From positions 127,116-191,115 of the forward strand of contig CANMCY010000002.1 in NCBI GenBank assembly GCA_947496375.1: a stretch of DNA of 64,000 nt, read 5' to 3'. The DNA comes from Flavobacteriales bacterium (GTDB lineage Bacteria; Bacteroidota; Bacteroidia; NS11-12g; UBA955). Made by a program: the position numbers and the translations under genes. This document shows positions 29,788-39,987 of the stretch, one piece after another. The notes below the pieces were generated by a model. The model was not told the DNA's origin, searched no databases, and worked only from the letters and a program-made list of their open reading frames with translations. Within the stretch, counting starts at the first letter, position 1. The number at the start of each line of letters is the position of its first letter.

Positions 29788-31675
29788 CGTATACCTCCTT
29801 TTTAAAACCTATGCTATCTATGCGCTGCATCAGGCCTGTGCCTGCCTGTTTTTCATACATCACCAAACCCGTCATCATATAGAAATATCCGGTAGCTGTT
29901 AAAATCAGCGGCCACAGCACATAATTTAACTGCACATAAAAACTCAGCACTTCTTTGGAAAAAGGATTAACACTTTGCATGGAGGCGCTAAAATTGAGCA
30001 TTACGGTAATAAAAAACCAAAAACCCATCATCAGCATCACATACAAAATACTCACCAGCATCACGGAGGCCAAAAAACGGCCCAATTGCTTAAACATTAA
30101 GCGCCAGGCAGTTTTAATCCCCTTTTTTATATTCCCATTTTCATGGTGAATGGCAATCCCTGTTCCCATGCACAACAAGGGCCAGGCAATCCATAGCAGG
30201 GGCCACCAAAAACCCTGAACCAGCCATAGCAATACGGTTGTCAAACAGGCATATTTTGCGGGTAAAAACCAGCGCTGAACCCGGGTGGGCTTATGGAGTA
30301 TACTGTTATAGGCAATATCAGACATTAGCCACAACACTGCATACCAAATCATAAAAATTACAGGTAAAACCTCCGGAAATCTGGCTGCAGAAAAAAGATA
30401 TCGGCAGGCGTAAATATTCCATAGAAGCAGTTTTGCACTGCCTGTAAACAGCTCTATGAGGGAATCCGGTGATGACTGCCCCATACTGTACATCCATCTC
30501 CTGAGCTGAAAAGCCACGTCTCTGGAGATATCGTTGGCTCCCAGCCATGCCGAGAGAAAGTAACCGCCAACACCCAGCCCTAAAGCGACCAGCAACCAGC
30601 GGCCAAAAGATGTCCGCAATTTATGGATTCCCAAAACCAGTAAAGTGCCTACACTGTATATCGTTCCGGGTAAAAAGGTGCGCACCGTCTGCGCTCTTGG
30701 CTGTTCCTCCTGCAAATCAAACTGTTGGCTGTTTCGGTGTTTCCACCAGGGTAAAACCACGAAATAATAGAGCATAAAACCCAGACTCAATAAAATGATG
30801 AGGGTTCTTTGCACAGTTCCGATATCGGTAAATCGGGTCAGATAACTTTCAATAAATGCTGCGATGATGATGATTGGCAGGCAAACCAAAAACATGGTGA
30901 TGCTTTTGCGGGCAGCATTCTGGATGGATTGCATCCTTGGCAGGGTTCCCGGAAACAAAATACCGGCTCCCAGCATAATTCCGGCGGCTCCCTCTATCAC
31001 CATAGACAGTATTTCCAGCGTACCATGCTGATAAACGGTTAATATATATTCACCGGTTAAGCCCCGAGAGGTGAAGAGGTAAGTAAACACACCCAGAACA
31101 ATCCCATTTAGCAAAAGCAGATACAATGTTCCCACACAGAAAAGGGCTCCAAAAACAAAGAAGTAGAATCCCACCCGTAGGTTATTGGTGGCAATTTGTA
31201 AAAACATTTCTCCGGCAGATTCGTCTTTATATACCCCAAGCGGGTCTCCCTTGGCTATGTTGTCCTCTGTCATGCTCACATATCCGCTACCCAGCACCGT
31301 AACGGCAAATTGTTTGTCCTGCCGGGTGCCAAAGAAACCCACTAAAAAGCCCATTAAAACCGTGATAAGCGCGATGAACATGTATTTTCTCGCACTCCAG
31401 TGAATGCGTGGTGCAGTCTGAGTAAAAAACTCCCGAATAACTTTTCTGCCTATGGGACGGCTGCGATAAATACGATCATAAACCGGGGTCAGTAAATTAT
31501 TTAGAAAGACCCTAACGGACCTGTTTGGGAAATACGTCCTGGAGTATGCCAGATCATCATTAAGTTCAAGAAATGCCCTTTCCAGCTCATCCGGGGCCAT
31601 GTTTTTAAACCGCATGTCTTCCTCAAACTGTTGCCATTTCTCACCATTGCGATTTATAAATTTCGACTCACGCAT
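29771..31675 (-). CDS. Polytopic membrane protein with a stage II sporulation protein M-like (DUF95) domain
   Basis: More than ten predicted transmembrane helices. I prefer the internal start MRESKF.. at 31675 because it avoids overlap with the divergent RDD gene. Confidence 0.55.
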   Translation of the reverse strand: MRESKFINRNGEKWQQFEEDMRFKNMAPDELERAFLELNDDLAYSRTYFPNRSVRVFLNNLLTPVYDRIYRSRPIGRKVIREFFTQTAPRIHWSARKYMFIALITVLMGFLVGFFGTRQDKQFAVTVLGSGYVSMTEDNIAKGDPLGVYKDESAGEMFLQIATNNLRVGFYFFVFGALFCVGTLYLLLLNGIVLGVFTYLFTSRGLTGEYILTVYQHGTLEILSMVIEGAAGIMLGAGILFPGTLPRMQSIQNAARKSITMFLVCLPIIIIAAFIESYLTRFTDIGTVQRTLIILLSLGFMLYYFVVLPWWKHRNSQQFDLQEEQPRAQTVRTFLPGTIYSVGTLLVLGIHKLRTSFGRWLLVALGLGVGGYFLSAWLGANDISRDVAFQLRRWMYSMGQSSPDSLIELFTGSAKLLLWNIYACRYLFSAARFPEVLPVIFMIWYAVLWLMSDIAYNSILHKPTRVQRWFLPAKYACLTTVLLWLVQGFWWPLLWIAWPLLCMGTGIAIHHENGNIKKGIKTAWRLMFKQLGRFLASVMLVSILYVMLMMGFWFFITVMLNFSASMQSVNPFSKEVLSFYVQLNYVLWPLILTATGYFYMMTGLVMYEKQAGTGLMQRIDSIGFKKEVYGVETE

Positions 31676-31753
31676 TTCCCAATGCAAGGATAAGGAATTT
31701 CGAGGGCATTTTTTGGTAAAAAACCGGCTTGCCCGGGGTAACTTTGCAAACAG

Positions 31754-32467
31754 ATGGCCCGCACCATAGAAATAGTAACTGCACAACAGGTTGTTCTGAG
31801 CTATGATCTGGCATCAATTGGTGCAAGAGCTGTGGCGACCCTCACAGATCTGTTCATCCAGTTTCTTGCCCTCATCATATTGGGTTTTTCACTTGGGGGC
31901 ACTCAGCTGGGCGGATGGCTGATGTTTGCGGTCATCACCCTGTATCATTTTTCCTTTGAAGCATTTATGAATGGCCGTTCACCCGGAAAACTCATTACCG
32001 GTATCCGGGTAATGCGCACCGATGGTGCAGCACTGGGTTTTACCGACTGTTTTTTGCGATGGATTGTGCGCCCGCTTGACTTTACGTTTTCTGCCGGGTC
32101 ACTGGCATTATTCCTGGCACTGGGTTCTGAAAAACGTCAGCGGCTGGGTGACCTGATGGCCGGTACCGCTGTACTGAGCCGCAAATACCACCTAGATTAC
32201 CGTTTCAAAGATTTGCTAAGACTACATGAAAGCCGCAGTGATATTGAGGTACAGTGGCCACAACTCAGGCATATTGAAGAAAAACATATTCTGCTGATTA
32301 AAAACACCCTGCATGCGTCTGAAGATTATACCCGTCAGGTGTACGAAAAAGCCCTCAATATCTGTGCAGACAAAATTGCCGGACTGCTTGAATTGCCGGA
32401 AACCCCAAAAAACACCCGAGCATTTCTTAATCAGGTAGTAGAGGAATATATTGTACTGACCCGGTAA
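31754..32467 (+). CDS. RDD family membrane protein
   Basis: RDD motif region (ATLTDLFIQF..GRSPGKLITGIRV), two or three transmembrane helices, and a divergent orientation to the MoxR operon. Confidence 0.7.
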   Translation: MARTIEIVTAQQVVLSYDLASIGARAVATLTDLFIQFLALIILGFSLGGTQLGGWLMFAVITLYHFSFEAFMNGRSPGKLITGIRVMRTDGAALGFTDCFLRWIVRPLDFTFSAGSLALFLALGSEKRQRLGDLMAGTAVLSRKYHLDYRFKDLLRLHESRSDIEVQWPQLRHIEEKHILLIKNTLHASEDYTRQVYEKALNICADKIAGLLELPETPKNTRAFLNQVVEEYIVLTR

Positions 32468-32499
32468 GTCCTACCCTTCAATATTCGTATTTTTGTACC

Positions 32500-33513
32500 A
32501 TGAAACTGGTAACCTTTGCTCATAACGGGGAGGCCTCTGTAGGGCTTTTCACCAACAACGCACTGTATTCGCTGCATACCATCAATCCCGTTTTGCCCAA
32601 AGATATGGCATCTTTTTTAAAAGATTGGGAGACCAACAGCGCCCTGGCGCGCGGTATTGAAGTGGAAATCCATGCGGGAAAACACGCATCGGTTGCCATG
32701 GCCTATAACCCTGCTAATTTGCTGGCACCCGTGCCCAATCCAAGCAGTTGCAGAGACGGATATGCCTTCCGTCAGCATGTAGCAGCCGCTCGCCGAAACC
32801 GGGGAGTACCCATGATTCCGGAATTTGACATGTATCCGATTTTCTATTTCACCAACCATCAGGCCATTCAAGGTCCCGGCGATATCTATTGCATGCCCGA
32901 TCACTTTGAAAAACTGGACTTTGAACTGGAAGCCGCTGTGGTGATTGGTAAAAAGGGCCGCAATATCAAAGCCGCTGAGGCCGACAACTATATTGCCGGC
33001 TACATGGTTATGAATGATATGAGTGCACGCCGACTGCAAATGGAGGAAATGTTGCTGAACCTCGGACCGGCAAAGGGTAAAGATTTTAGCACCGTTATCG
33101 GGCCATGGCTGGTAACACCGGATGAGCTGGAACCCTACCGCATATCGGCCAAACCCGGGCACACCGGCGCCAGTTATAACCTTCGAATGACCTGCACGGT
33201 TAACTGCATACAGGTGAGTGAAGGCAATATGGGCGATATGGACTGGACTTTTGCCGAAATCATTGAACGTTGTGCTTACGGCGCTGATATTCACCCCGGC
33301 GATGTCATTGGCAGCGGCACAGTAGGCACCGGCTGCTTTTTGGAACTAAACGGAACCGGCAAATTACAAGATTCCAACTATAATGAACAGTGGCTGCAGG
33401 ACGGTGATGAAGTGGTTCTGACCATAGATGGTTTGGGAACACTGCACAATACCATCCGTAAGGAAAATTCCGATTTCAGCATTCTGGCGCTGAAGAAACA
33501 GCCTTTGGATTAA
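32500..33513 (+). CDS. Fumarylacetoacetate hydrolase family protein
   Basis: C-terminal FAH fold motifs (GDVIGSGTVGTG, ELEAAVVIGKKG). Confidence 0.8.
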   Translation: MKLVTFAHNGEASVGLFTNNALYSLHTINPVLPKDMASFLKDWETNSALARGIEVEIHAGKHASVAMAYNPANLLAPVPNPSSCRDGYAFRQHVAAARRNRGVPMIPEFDMYPIFYFTNHQAIQGPGDIYCMPDHFEKLDFELEAAVVIGKKGRNIKAAEADNYIAGYMVMNDMSARRLQMEEMLLNLGPAKGKDFSTVIGPWLVTPDELEPYRISAKPGHTGASYNLRMTCTVNCIQVSEGNMGDMDWTFAEIIERCAYGADIHPGDVIGSGTVGTGCFLELNGTGKLQDSNYNEQWLQDGDEVVLTIDGLGTLHNTIRKENSDFSILALKKQPLD

Positions 33514-33514
33514 A

Positions 33515-35449
33515 TTAATAATGAAATCTCCAGACCAGCCCCAGCACAAAACGCTGTGGCTCTATGGCATAGCCCTGTGCTGACATAAACGCATTGGACA
33601 CCCCGTAATTCACGAGGTAATTATTGATGTGTGCCATTTTAAAGGTCACAATTACTGTTTTAATCTCTCCGGTAAAAAACACATCTGCCACGGGGTAATT
33701 GCCACCGGGCCTGCCGGTATTGTTAATGTAAAAATTAGCCATGTCGGGGCGATACGCCCAGGCAATATGCTCGCTTTGCCAGGCCACATCTACCCCAAAA
33801 CGGGCATGCAGCGCCTTTTTAAACATGTAACCCTGCACATATATACTGCTGAGTGTGCTAAACCGGGGCGCTGACCAAACCGTTTCATCCGAAATGTTTT
33901 GAAGGTAAAAAATATGATCGGTGTGAAGTTTACCCGCCTGCAAATGAACATGGCCTCGTATTTGCCGGTATGTGAGTTCCGCTGAACGGCTGAAAATTGC
34001 GTCTCCGCCATTATAAATCATGCCTTCAGCGCTTCCTGATACGTATGCCAAAGATAGTCTGTTGCGTTTCCCTGAATAAGAAATACCCAACTCAGCGGCC
34101 GTTGTTTTTACCGCCGGCCAGGCATTGCTGATTCGAAATTGATTGCTGAAAAACCGCTGCTGAAATAATCCCGGCATGGCTTTTTGTGACTGATAACGCA
34201 AGGCAAGTGCCCAGCGTTTGGCCATAGTCCATTGACCACCCAACCTAAGATTGTAATCCCCTTGGTTGTATCCACTCAGATAGGTGGCTGCTTCGGCCTG
34301 CCACTCCCATTTTTTGCCCTGCCCGTATGCATGAGCATGGAGACCCTGCGACATATTTTCATCTTTACCCGACAATAAATATTTTGCGCTGTAACTCATC
34401 CATTCGTGAGAATACCATGCCCTCAAACCTATCAGTAGTGCAGTGTTTTTAATATGATAACCCAGCCCGATTCGATTACTGAGTCCGTTCCATGCGCTGC
34501 TGTCATTCAGACTGTCTGCACTGCGGTATGTTTGGGCTCCATAAAAACCGGTATCCCTGCGTGAATCGAGATATCGGTAGGAGGTGCGGGTCCAGTCTGC
34601 TCGGTGAAACAGATAGGGCATCCCCTTACCAAAGGTATACTGGGTTTCTGCCAGATGATGACGGTTTGCATACACTGTCTGCGCCGTACTGAGCCGGGAA
34701 CTGTAATTGCCGCGGGTATTGAAACTATAACGAGGTTGTGTATCTATGACATTATCAAAAAACAACAATGTATCATTATCCAACCCGCCATTTTCCAGCC
34801 GCCTGGCTCGATTCCAGGAAAGAATGGCAAACTGCTTCAGACGGCCATTTTTGGAAGTGTAATAACTGCCAAGAGCAGTTCCCCTGTGCAAATGGTCCTG
34901 TTTGCTGTTTATGTAGTATTCTTTGTTGTTTACACTTCTGTAATCGAGTGCAATGTTCCAGTTTTTGCGGATATTTTGGGTGTGTTGTGCCTGCAGGGCA
35001 ATAAATCCACTCCCCCCTTGCTGATAATTAAAGCGGGTGAAAGGCATCTTGGCACGATAGAACGTAAATGTTTCCGGATTAACATCCTGAAAGACGTAGG
35101 GATTAAAACCCGTCTGCAGTCCTGCATTGACAAATGGATGAATCAACAGCGATTTTTGGGGTGATGCATAATGGCCCAAATCTACATAGGGCAGACCGGT
35201 TGCTCTGGCCCTGTCATAACGTTGAACCATGGGTAAGGTGCTATCCCATGCCACAAAAGAGTCCCTTCCTGCACTAAGGTCTGTGAAGCGCGCCGAGCCG
35301 GGATCTGCGCGAACTCCGGTAATCTTGCGCATACTGTCTGTCCGGCCTTGCGGCGTTTCACGATCCATTCTGCCAAAACCACCCGGTATCTGGGCGTGCA
35401 GGAGTAACCCTGAAATTCCCAATAGCAGTGACACCGACAAACGCAACAT
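33515..35449 (-). CDS. Outer-membrane beta-barrel, putative porin
   Basis: The signal peptide MLRLSVSLLLGISGLLLHAQ is at an internal Met. The composition is rich in Y/W/N/S, and the sequence ends in RFHY. Confidence 0.55.
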   Translation of the reverse strand: MLRLSVSLLLGISGLLLHAQIPGGFGRMDRETPQGRTDSMRKITGVRADPGSARFTDLSAGRDSFVAWDSTLPMVQRYDRARATGLPYVDLGHYASPQKSLLIHPFVNAGLQTGFNPYVFQDVNPETFTFYRAKMPFTRFNYQQGGSGFIALQAQHTQNIRKNWNIALDYRSVNNKEYYINSKQDHLHRGTALGSYYTSKNGRLKQFAILSWNRARRLENGGLDNDTLLFFDNVIDTQPRYSFNTRGNYSSRLSTAQTVYANRHHLAETQYTFGKGMPYLFHRADWTRTSYRYLDSRRDTGFYGAQTYRSADSLNDSSAWNGLSNRIGLGYHIKNTALLIGLRAWYSHEWMSYSAKYLLSGKDENMSQGLHAHAYGQGKKWEWQAEAATYLSGYNQGDYNLRLGGQWTMAKRWALALRYQSQKAMPGLFQQRFFSNQFRISNAWPAVKTTAAELGISYSGKRNRLSLAYVSGSAEGMIYNGGDAIFSRSAELTYRQIRGHVHLQAGKLHTDHIFYLQNISDETVWSAPRFSTLSSIYVQGYMFKKALHARFGVDVAWQSEHIAWAYRPDMANFYINNTGRPGGNYPVADVFFTGEIKTVIVTFKMAHINNYLVNYGVSNAFMSAQGYAIEPQRFVLGLVWRFHY

Positions 35450-35552
35450 GGATGCAAAATTGCAGGTTTTTTTCGGCTTTATTGTGGTTTTGCCCGACGA
35501 ATTCCCCAAAAGGACAGCAGAATGCCTCAGGGGTTGCCGTACATTTGCTGTT

Positions 35553-36014
35553 ATGTCATTTGGAACTGCCGCGCTGTTGAGTTTTCTGTGGTCCACCGTA
35601 AAATATCTGATTGGGGTCGGTGTGGCTTTGGCCGGTTTTCACGATCCGCTCTTTGGGTGGATTTTCACCTCGGCAGGTGCATTTCTGGGTGTTGTATTGT
35701 TTACTTACAGCGAATATTGGCTGGAAAGCTACCTAAAAAAATTCAGCAAAAGTAAAAAGCGTTTCACCAAAACCAACCGGCGGCTGGTTTGGATGCGGCT
35801 GCACGGCGGACTTCCACTCATTGCCATGCTCACCCCTCTTATCCTTAGCATTCCTGTGGGTACCTTGCTTTGTACAACCTTCATCCAGGAAAAACACAAA
35901 ATCATCCTATGGCAAAGCATAAGCATCGCATTTTGGGGAACCTTAATTTTTGGTTCACTGCTGTTTTTCGATGTCAACTTAGTGCAATACCTACAGCGAT
36001 TGAATTTGGTTTAG
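35553..36014 (+). CDS. Small four-transmembrane-helix membrane protein of unknown function
   Basis: Hydrophobicity pattern. The ORF track's longer reading (35229..) would overlap the porin gene, so I use the internal start MSFGTAALL. Confidence 0.4.
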   Translation: MSFGTAALLSFLWSTVKYLIGVGVALAGFHDPLFGWIFTSAGAFLGVVLFTYSEYWLESYLKKFSKSKKRFTKTNRRLVWMRLHGGLPLIAMLTPLILSIPVGTLLCTTFIQEKHKIILWQSISIAFWGTLIFGSLLFFDVNLVQYLQRLNLV

Positions 36015-36041
36015 GGCTCAAAGCCCTATATTCGCAATATT

Positions 36042-38069
36042 GTGCGAAATTTAGTCTTATTATATGCCTTTGTGGCTCTTACCACGGTTGCTTGCAGCCG
36101 TAAGACTGCTCGGTGGGACAACAACGTTGCTGTACCCCTGTTCAGCACCGAAATGACCCTAAATGATGTGGACAGGCGCTTTCTGGTCAACAATGCCTCC
36201 GATAGCGGGTATACCCTGATATACGACAATTTGGTTTACAATGCCCGCAGTCTCAGGGTTACCGCACCCGATACCAGCTTGAATACTGCCTTCACCCTGC
36301 GCCGCCTTAAACTCAGCGACCGAAGCATTGTGCAACGCATTACACTGGCGCAGATTAACCCTACTTTCCGCCTACTTGACGGTCAAACCATTGGAGTTCC
36401 TGCACAGAATCAAACTAACCTAAGCCCGGTAGACATTGATGCATCGGCGTTTTTTGAAACCGCCACCCTCGATTCGGGATTTTTGGATATTTCCATCAAC
36501 AATGAACTGCCCGTAAAGGTCTCCCTACTGGTATTTGAACTGCAGAACGCATCAGACGGTTCGGTTGTGGCCAAAGACTCATTCCTGAATATCAATCAGG
36601 GTTCAAGTGCTACCAAAAGCATCAGCTTGCGTAACAAGACCGTAAACAAAGGACTTAAAGGTGTAATCCGCCACCTGATTACCGAAGCCAGCAATGGTCC
36701 GGTGCTAATTAATGTATCTAAAGGGGTGGAGGTAACACTCACCGTGCGAAATCTTCGCCCCCGCAATGCCATCGCTGCTTTCCCCAACCAAAACGTGATA
36801 GAGCAGGATGAAGCACTGGTGCTGGATATGGGTGGTCCACAGGTGAAATTCTTCAAGGTTAAGCAGGGTTGGTTAAGACTCAAAGTGGAATCTACCATCC
36901 AGGAAAACATGACCATGGTGCTCAAAATCCCATCGGCCAGTCTGAATGGAGTGCCCCTTGAGCGCGTGGTGAAAATGCCGGGCGCCAAGCCAGGTAACAC
37001 TGAACGCAAAGAGGAAACCGTGGATATGAGCGGTTATTTGCTCGATTACCGGGGACGGGATCCCAATGTAAAAGATACCGTAAATACGTTTCATCAGATT
37101 ATGATTGTGTCGCTGGACAGCAGCGGCCGTAAGGTACAGGTTACACTCAATGACAGTCTGCGAATCTATTATGCGCTCACAGATTTGCTGCCCGAGTACG
37201 CCACAGGTTATATGGGTCAAACCCTGAATAACTCCGTTGGAAAGGCCCCGTTTGTCCTCTTCAAAGGGGCTGATGGTAATATTGTATTTAAGGATTTCAA
37301 GGCCTCTGTGCTGGTGAAGAACAGTATCGGTGCCGAAGGCAGGGTGCGGGTAAAATCGCTGGAAAGCGAAAATGTTTTTAGTGGCAATAAAGTAAAATTG
37401 AGCGCCTCTCCCCTTAATAATGATGTACTTATTGGCCCTGCACCCTTCATGTATGGAGAAACCACAGACAAACAGGTAGTACTTGATGGCAGCAATTCCA
37501 ACATCAAGGCATTTGTAGAGAATTTGCCCCAGCTTATCCATTACGATATTGACATAGAAACCAATCCCAATGGCAATGTCAGCAACTGGAAAGACTTTGT
37601 ATTTGACAATTCAAGTGCCGACATTTACCTCCGGCTGGAAGCGCCTGTGAGCTTTACCGTAGGCGGATTGAATCTCCGTGATACCCAGGGTATAGAAGCA
37701 GCCAGTGTTCCTCAGGTACAGCGAGTGAAAAGTGCAACTATAATTTTTGATGTAGAAAATGATTATCCGTTCGAGGTAGATATGGCCTTTTCCCTGTTGG
37801 ATCAATATGGCAATGCATTAGGCGATGTCACGGTAAATCCAGGGACCATTATGGCCGGCAAAACCACGCCTTCCGGTGAACCCATGGCCGCATCCAGAAC
37901 GGTGTTGCGGGCAAATATTCCCCGAGAACGCACAGAGTCCCTTAGAAAGGCACATGCTGTGGCCATTAAAGCCCGGGTGGTGGGAAATGGCACACAGCAA
38001 AAGATATATAACACCTATAAACTCAGGGTAAAAACCAGTCTGCAAGCCGAGTATGAAGCACAGTTTTAA
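36042..38069 (+). CDS. Large hypothetical lipoprotein of 675 aa
   Basis: Signal peptide plus lipobox (ALTTVACS). I recognise no family. Confidence 0.55.
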   Translation: MRNLVLLYAFVALTTVACSRKTARWDNNVAVPLFSTEMTLNDVDRRFLVNNASDSGYTLIYDNLVYNARSLRVTAPDTSLNTAFTLRRLKLSDRSIVQRITLAQINPTFRLLDGQTIGVPAQNQTNLSPVDIDASAFFETATLDSGFLDISINNELPVKVSLLVFELQNASDGSVVAKDSFLNINQGSSATKSISLRNKTVNKGLKGVIRHLITEASNGPVLINVSKGVEVTLTVRNLRPRNAIAAFPNQNVIEQDEALVLDMGGPQVKFFKVKQGWLRLKVESTIQENMTMVLKIPSASLNGVPLERVVKMPGAKPGNTERKEETVDMSGYLLDYRGRDPNVKDTVNTFHQIMIVSLDSSGRKVQVTLNDSLRIYYALTDLLPEYATGYMGQTLNNSVGKAPFVLFKGADGNIVFKDFKASVLVKNSIGAEGRVRVKSLESENVFSGNKVKLSASPLNNDVLIGPAPFMYGETTDKQVVLDGSNSNIKAFVENLPQLIHYDIDIETNPNGNVSNWKDFVFDNSSADIYLRLEAPVSFTVGGLNLRDTQGIEAASVPQVQRVKSATIIFDVENDYPFEVDMAFSLLDQYGNALGDVTVNPGTIMAGKTTPSGEPMAASRTVLRANIPRERTESLRKAHAVAIKARVVGNGTQQKIYNTYKLRVKTSLQAEYEAQF

Positions 38070-39324
38070 ATTCCTTTTGGGGTTGCTACTGGCAGCCCAA
38101 ACATTGCAGGCACAGAAAAATAACAACACCAAAGTGCCCGAAATAGCGGCCAAAAACGATACGTCTGTTAACCTGCCATCAAGAGATACTGTTTATACCA
38201 TACAATCCAAAATGATAGCGGTTTCCATATCAAGCGAAAGCGGCTCTGCCGGAATGCCATTGTCCATTACAGGTCGTTTTTTGCTGGGGGGTTATATTCC
38301 TTCAGAACGCATTTCCCAAACCGAAGCTCGATTAAAATCGCAGGTTAGCGGGGGAATTGCTTCAACCATGCAGCTGAATGTTTCTGACAAGTTCTTTATA
38401 CGCCGTCATCAGATGGGTGGTATTCGCTTTAATGATGATGCTTTCCGGCTGGTTTTTCAAGGCAACGGCGCGTATTTAGGACAAACCCTGGATGCACGTA
38501 TCAAAAAAGCAACACAGTGGGATGTGCTGGAGCTGGGTTTTGGATTTGAAAAATCCAAAAATTTACTTCAGGGAAAAGGCAAGGTTACTTACAAAGGAAG
38601 CATCAACCCAGGATGGTTGCGCAGTTACAGCGCTGTTAATAATTTTAGGACACAGGTCTACACAGACACCCTGGCCCAGCATGTAGATGTGCTGTGGGGT
38701 GGCAATGTGCAGCGTGCCCAAGGCGGATTTGGCCTTACTATCAATTCCGGTATCACTTATGATTTCAGTTCCGGACCATGGAAAATGGTTTTCGTAGGTT
38801 TGGAAAATGCCGGATTGTATTATACCCATGAACTCAAAACATACGGCCGCTTGCCGGGTATGGCAGACAGTACGGTACGCCTCCAATCTGCCAGTACTTC
38901 ACTTAACCGTATTTTCCGTGGCGACTGGTTGGGTGACCGCATTGATACCATTAAAAGGCAAATTGGACTGGATAGCAGCCGTAAATCGAACACCCTGTTA
39001 GCCCCTTTTGCAGTCTACCTCGCCGCGAATCATGAAAAATGGGGCTTCGTTAGATTGAGCTATCGAAATTTACCGGGATATCTGCCCCGGCTTGATTATC
39101 AGCCCAAAATCAAATTGGGTATTGGTGCGCTTCGATTTTACCCCAGTGTAAGCCTGGGCGGTTTTGATACCTGGAATATTAATTTACTGAGTTACTGGAC
39201 ATGGAAGCCCATACAGCGTGGCGGATTGCAGGTAAATATGCGCCTCGAAGGCCTGGAAAGTCTGGTGATGCCGAGTCGTCTCAATGGCTTTGGGGCTTTG
39301 GTTACCCTTCGGGTTAGATTGTAA
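38053..39324 (+). CDS. Secreted hypothetical protein of 423 aa. It may be an outer-membrane beta-barrel.
   Basis: Signal peptide MKHSFKFLLGLLLAAQTLQAQ. It overlaps the upstream lipoprotein gene by 17 nt, so the two form an operon. Confidence 0.5.
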   Translation: MKHSFKFLLGLLLAAQTLQAQKNNNTKVPEIAAKNDTSVNLPSRDTVYTIQSKMIAVSISSESGSAGMPLSITGRFLLGGYIPSERISQTEARLKSQVSGGIASTMQLNVSDKFFIRRHQMGGIRFNDDAFRLVFQGNGAYLGQTLDARIKKATQWDVLELGFGFEKSKNLLQGKGKVTYKGSINPGWLRSYSAVNNFRTQVYTDTLAQHVDVLWGGNVQRAQGGFGLTINSGITYDFSSGPWKMVFVGLENAGLYYTHELKTYGRLPGMADSTVRLQSASTSLNRIFRGDWLGDRIDTIKRQIGLDSSRKSNTLLAPFAVYLAANHEKWGFVRLSYRNLPGYLPRLDYQPKIKLGIGALRFYPSVSLGGFDTWNINLLSYWTWKPIQRGGLQVNMRLEGLESLVMPSRLNGFGALVTLRVRL

Positions 39325-39339
39325 TACACATTTGTACCT

Positions 39340-39954
39340 TCATTTACCGGGGTAGCTGCGCTCGCCGGCGCGGACAAATACCGGAATGAAATGAGATGCA
39401 GGTACCAAAGGGCATGCATAGTTATGATTGTAATGGCAGTAGGGATTGAAAGCACGGTTAAAATCCAGCACGACGTCGTCGGAACCGGCATGCTGAAATT
39501 CAATATAACGTCCCCCCTGATAACTCTCTTTGCCATTGGTTGAATCCCGAAACATAATAAAAAAGGCGGTTTCCGCGGAATCCTCAAAATAGGCCTCTAT
39601 CTCACATTCACGATTTTGAATGCGGAATTTAAATGTTCCCGCAACCTTGTAAACCCGCTTCTTACCTTTGGAATCAGGCAGCGTTACCCAATTGCCGGAA
39701 TGGCGCTTATCCCAGCGACAATTGACTTTCCATTCGGTAGATACCGGATAATATTGCAAACCACTAAAATCTTCCTGTACATCCCTGAATGGGCTATTGG
39801 GCGACATAGCAAAAGCAGCGTCCTTCTGCTGTCGCTCGTGGATTACGGCGTTTGTATAAATGCTGTCAGACTGCTCCTTATCACGAACATCCTCGTTGCT
39901 ATGACAAGCCATAAATAGCAACGACAATAGCACACACCCAATGCTTTTTCTCAT
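39340..39954 (-). CDS. DUF1684 domain lipoprotein
   Basis: GGRYIEF...NPYCHYNHNYACPLVP...AGERSY is the DUF1684 signature. It has a lipoprotein signal at the internal Met, MRKSIGCVLLSLLFMACHS. Confidence 0.7.
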   Translation of the reverse strand: MRKSIGCVLLSLLFMACHSNEDVRDKEQSDSIYTNAVIHERQQKDAAFAMSPNSPFRDVQEDFSGLQYYPVSTEWKVNCRWDKRHSGNWVTLPDSKGKKRVYKVAGTFKFRIQNRECEIEAYFEDSAETAFFIMFRDSTNGKESYQGGRYIEFQHAGSDDVVLDFNRAFNPYCHYNHNYACPLVPASHFIPVFVRAGERSYPGK

Positions 39955-39987
39955 GTTCCGTGCAAATTTGCGTAATTTCGCAAACAG

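Noticed and set aside
35229-36014. Long plus-strand ORF of 261 aa overlapping the porin N-terminus
   Set aside because: The first 108 codons are antisense to the porin gene and are Pro/Arg-rich with no features. Only the distal part, 35553..36014, looks like a real membrane protein.
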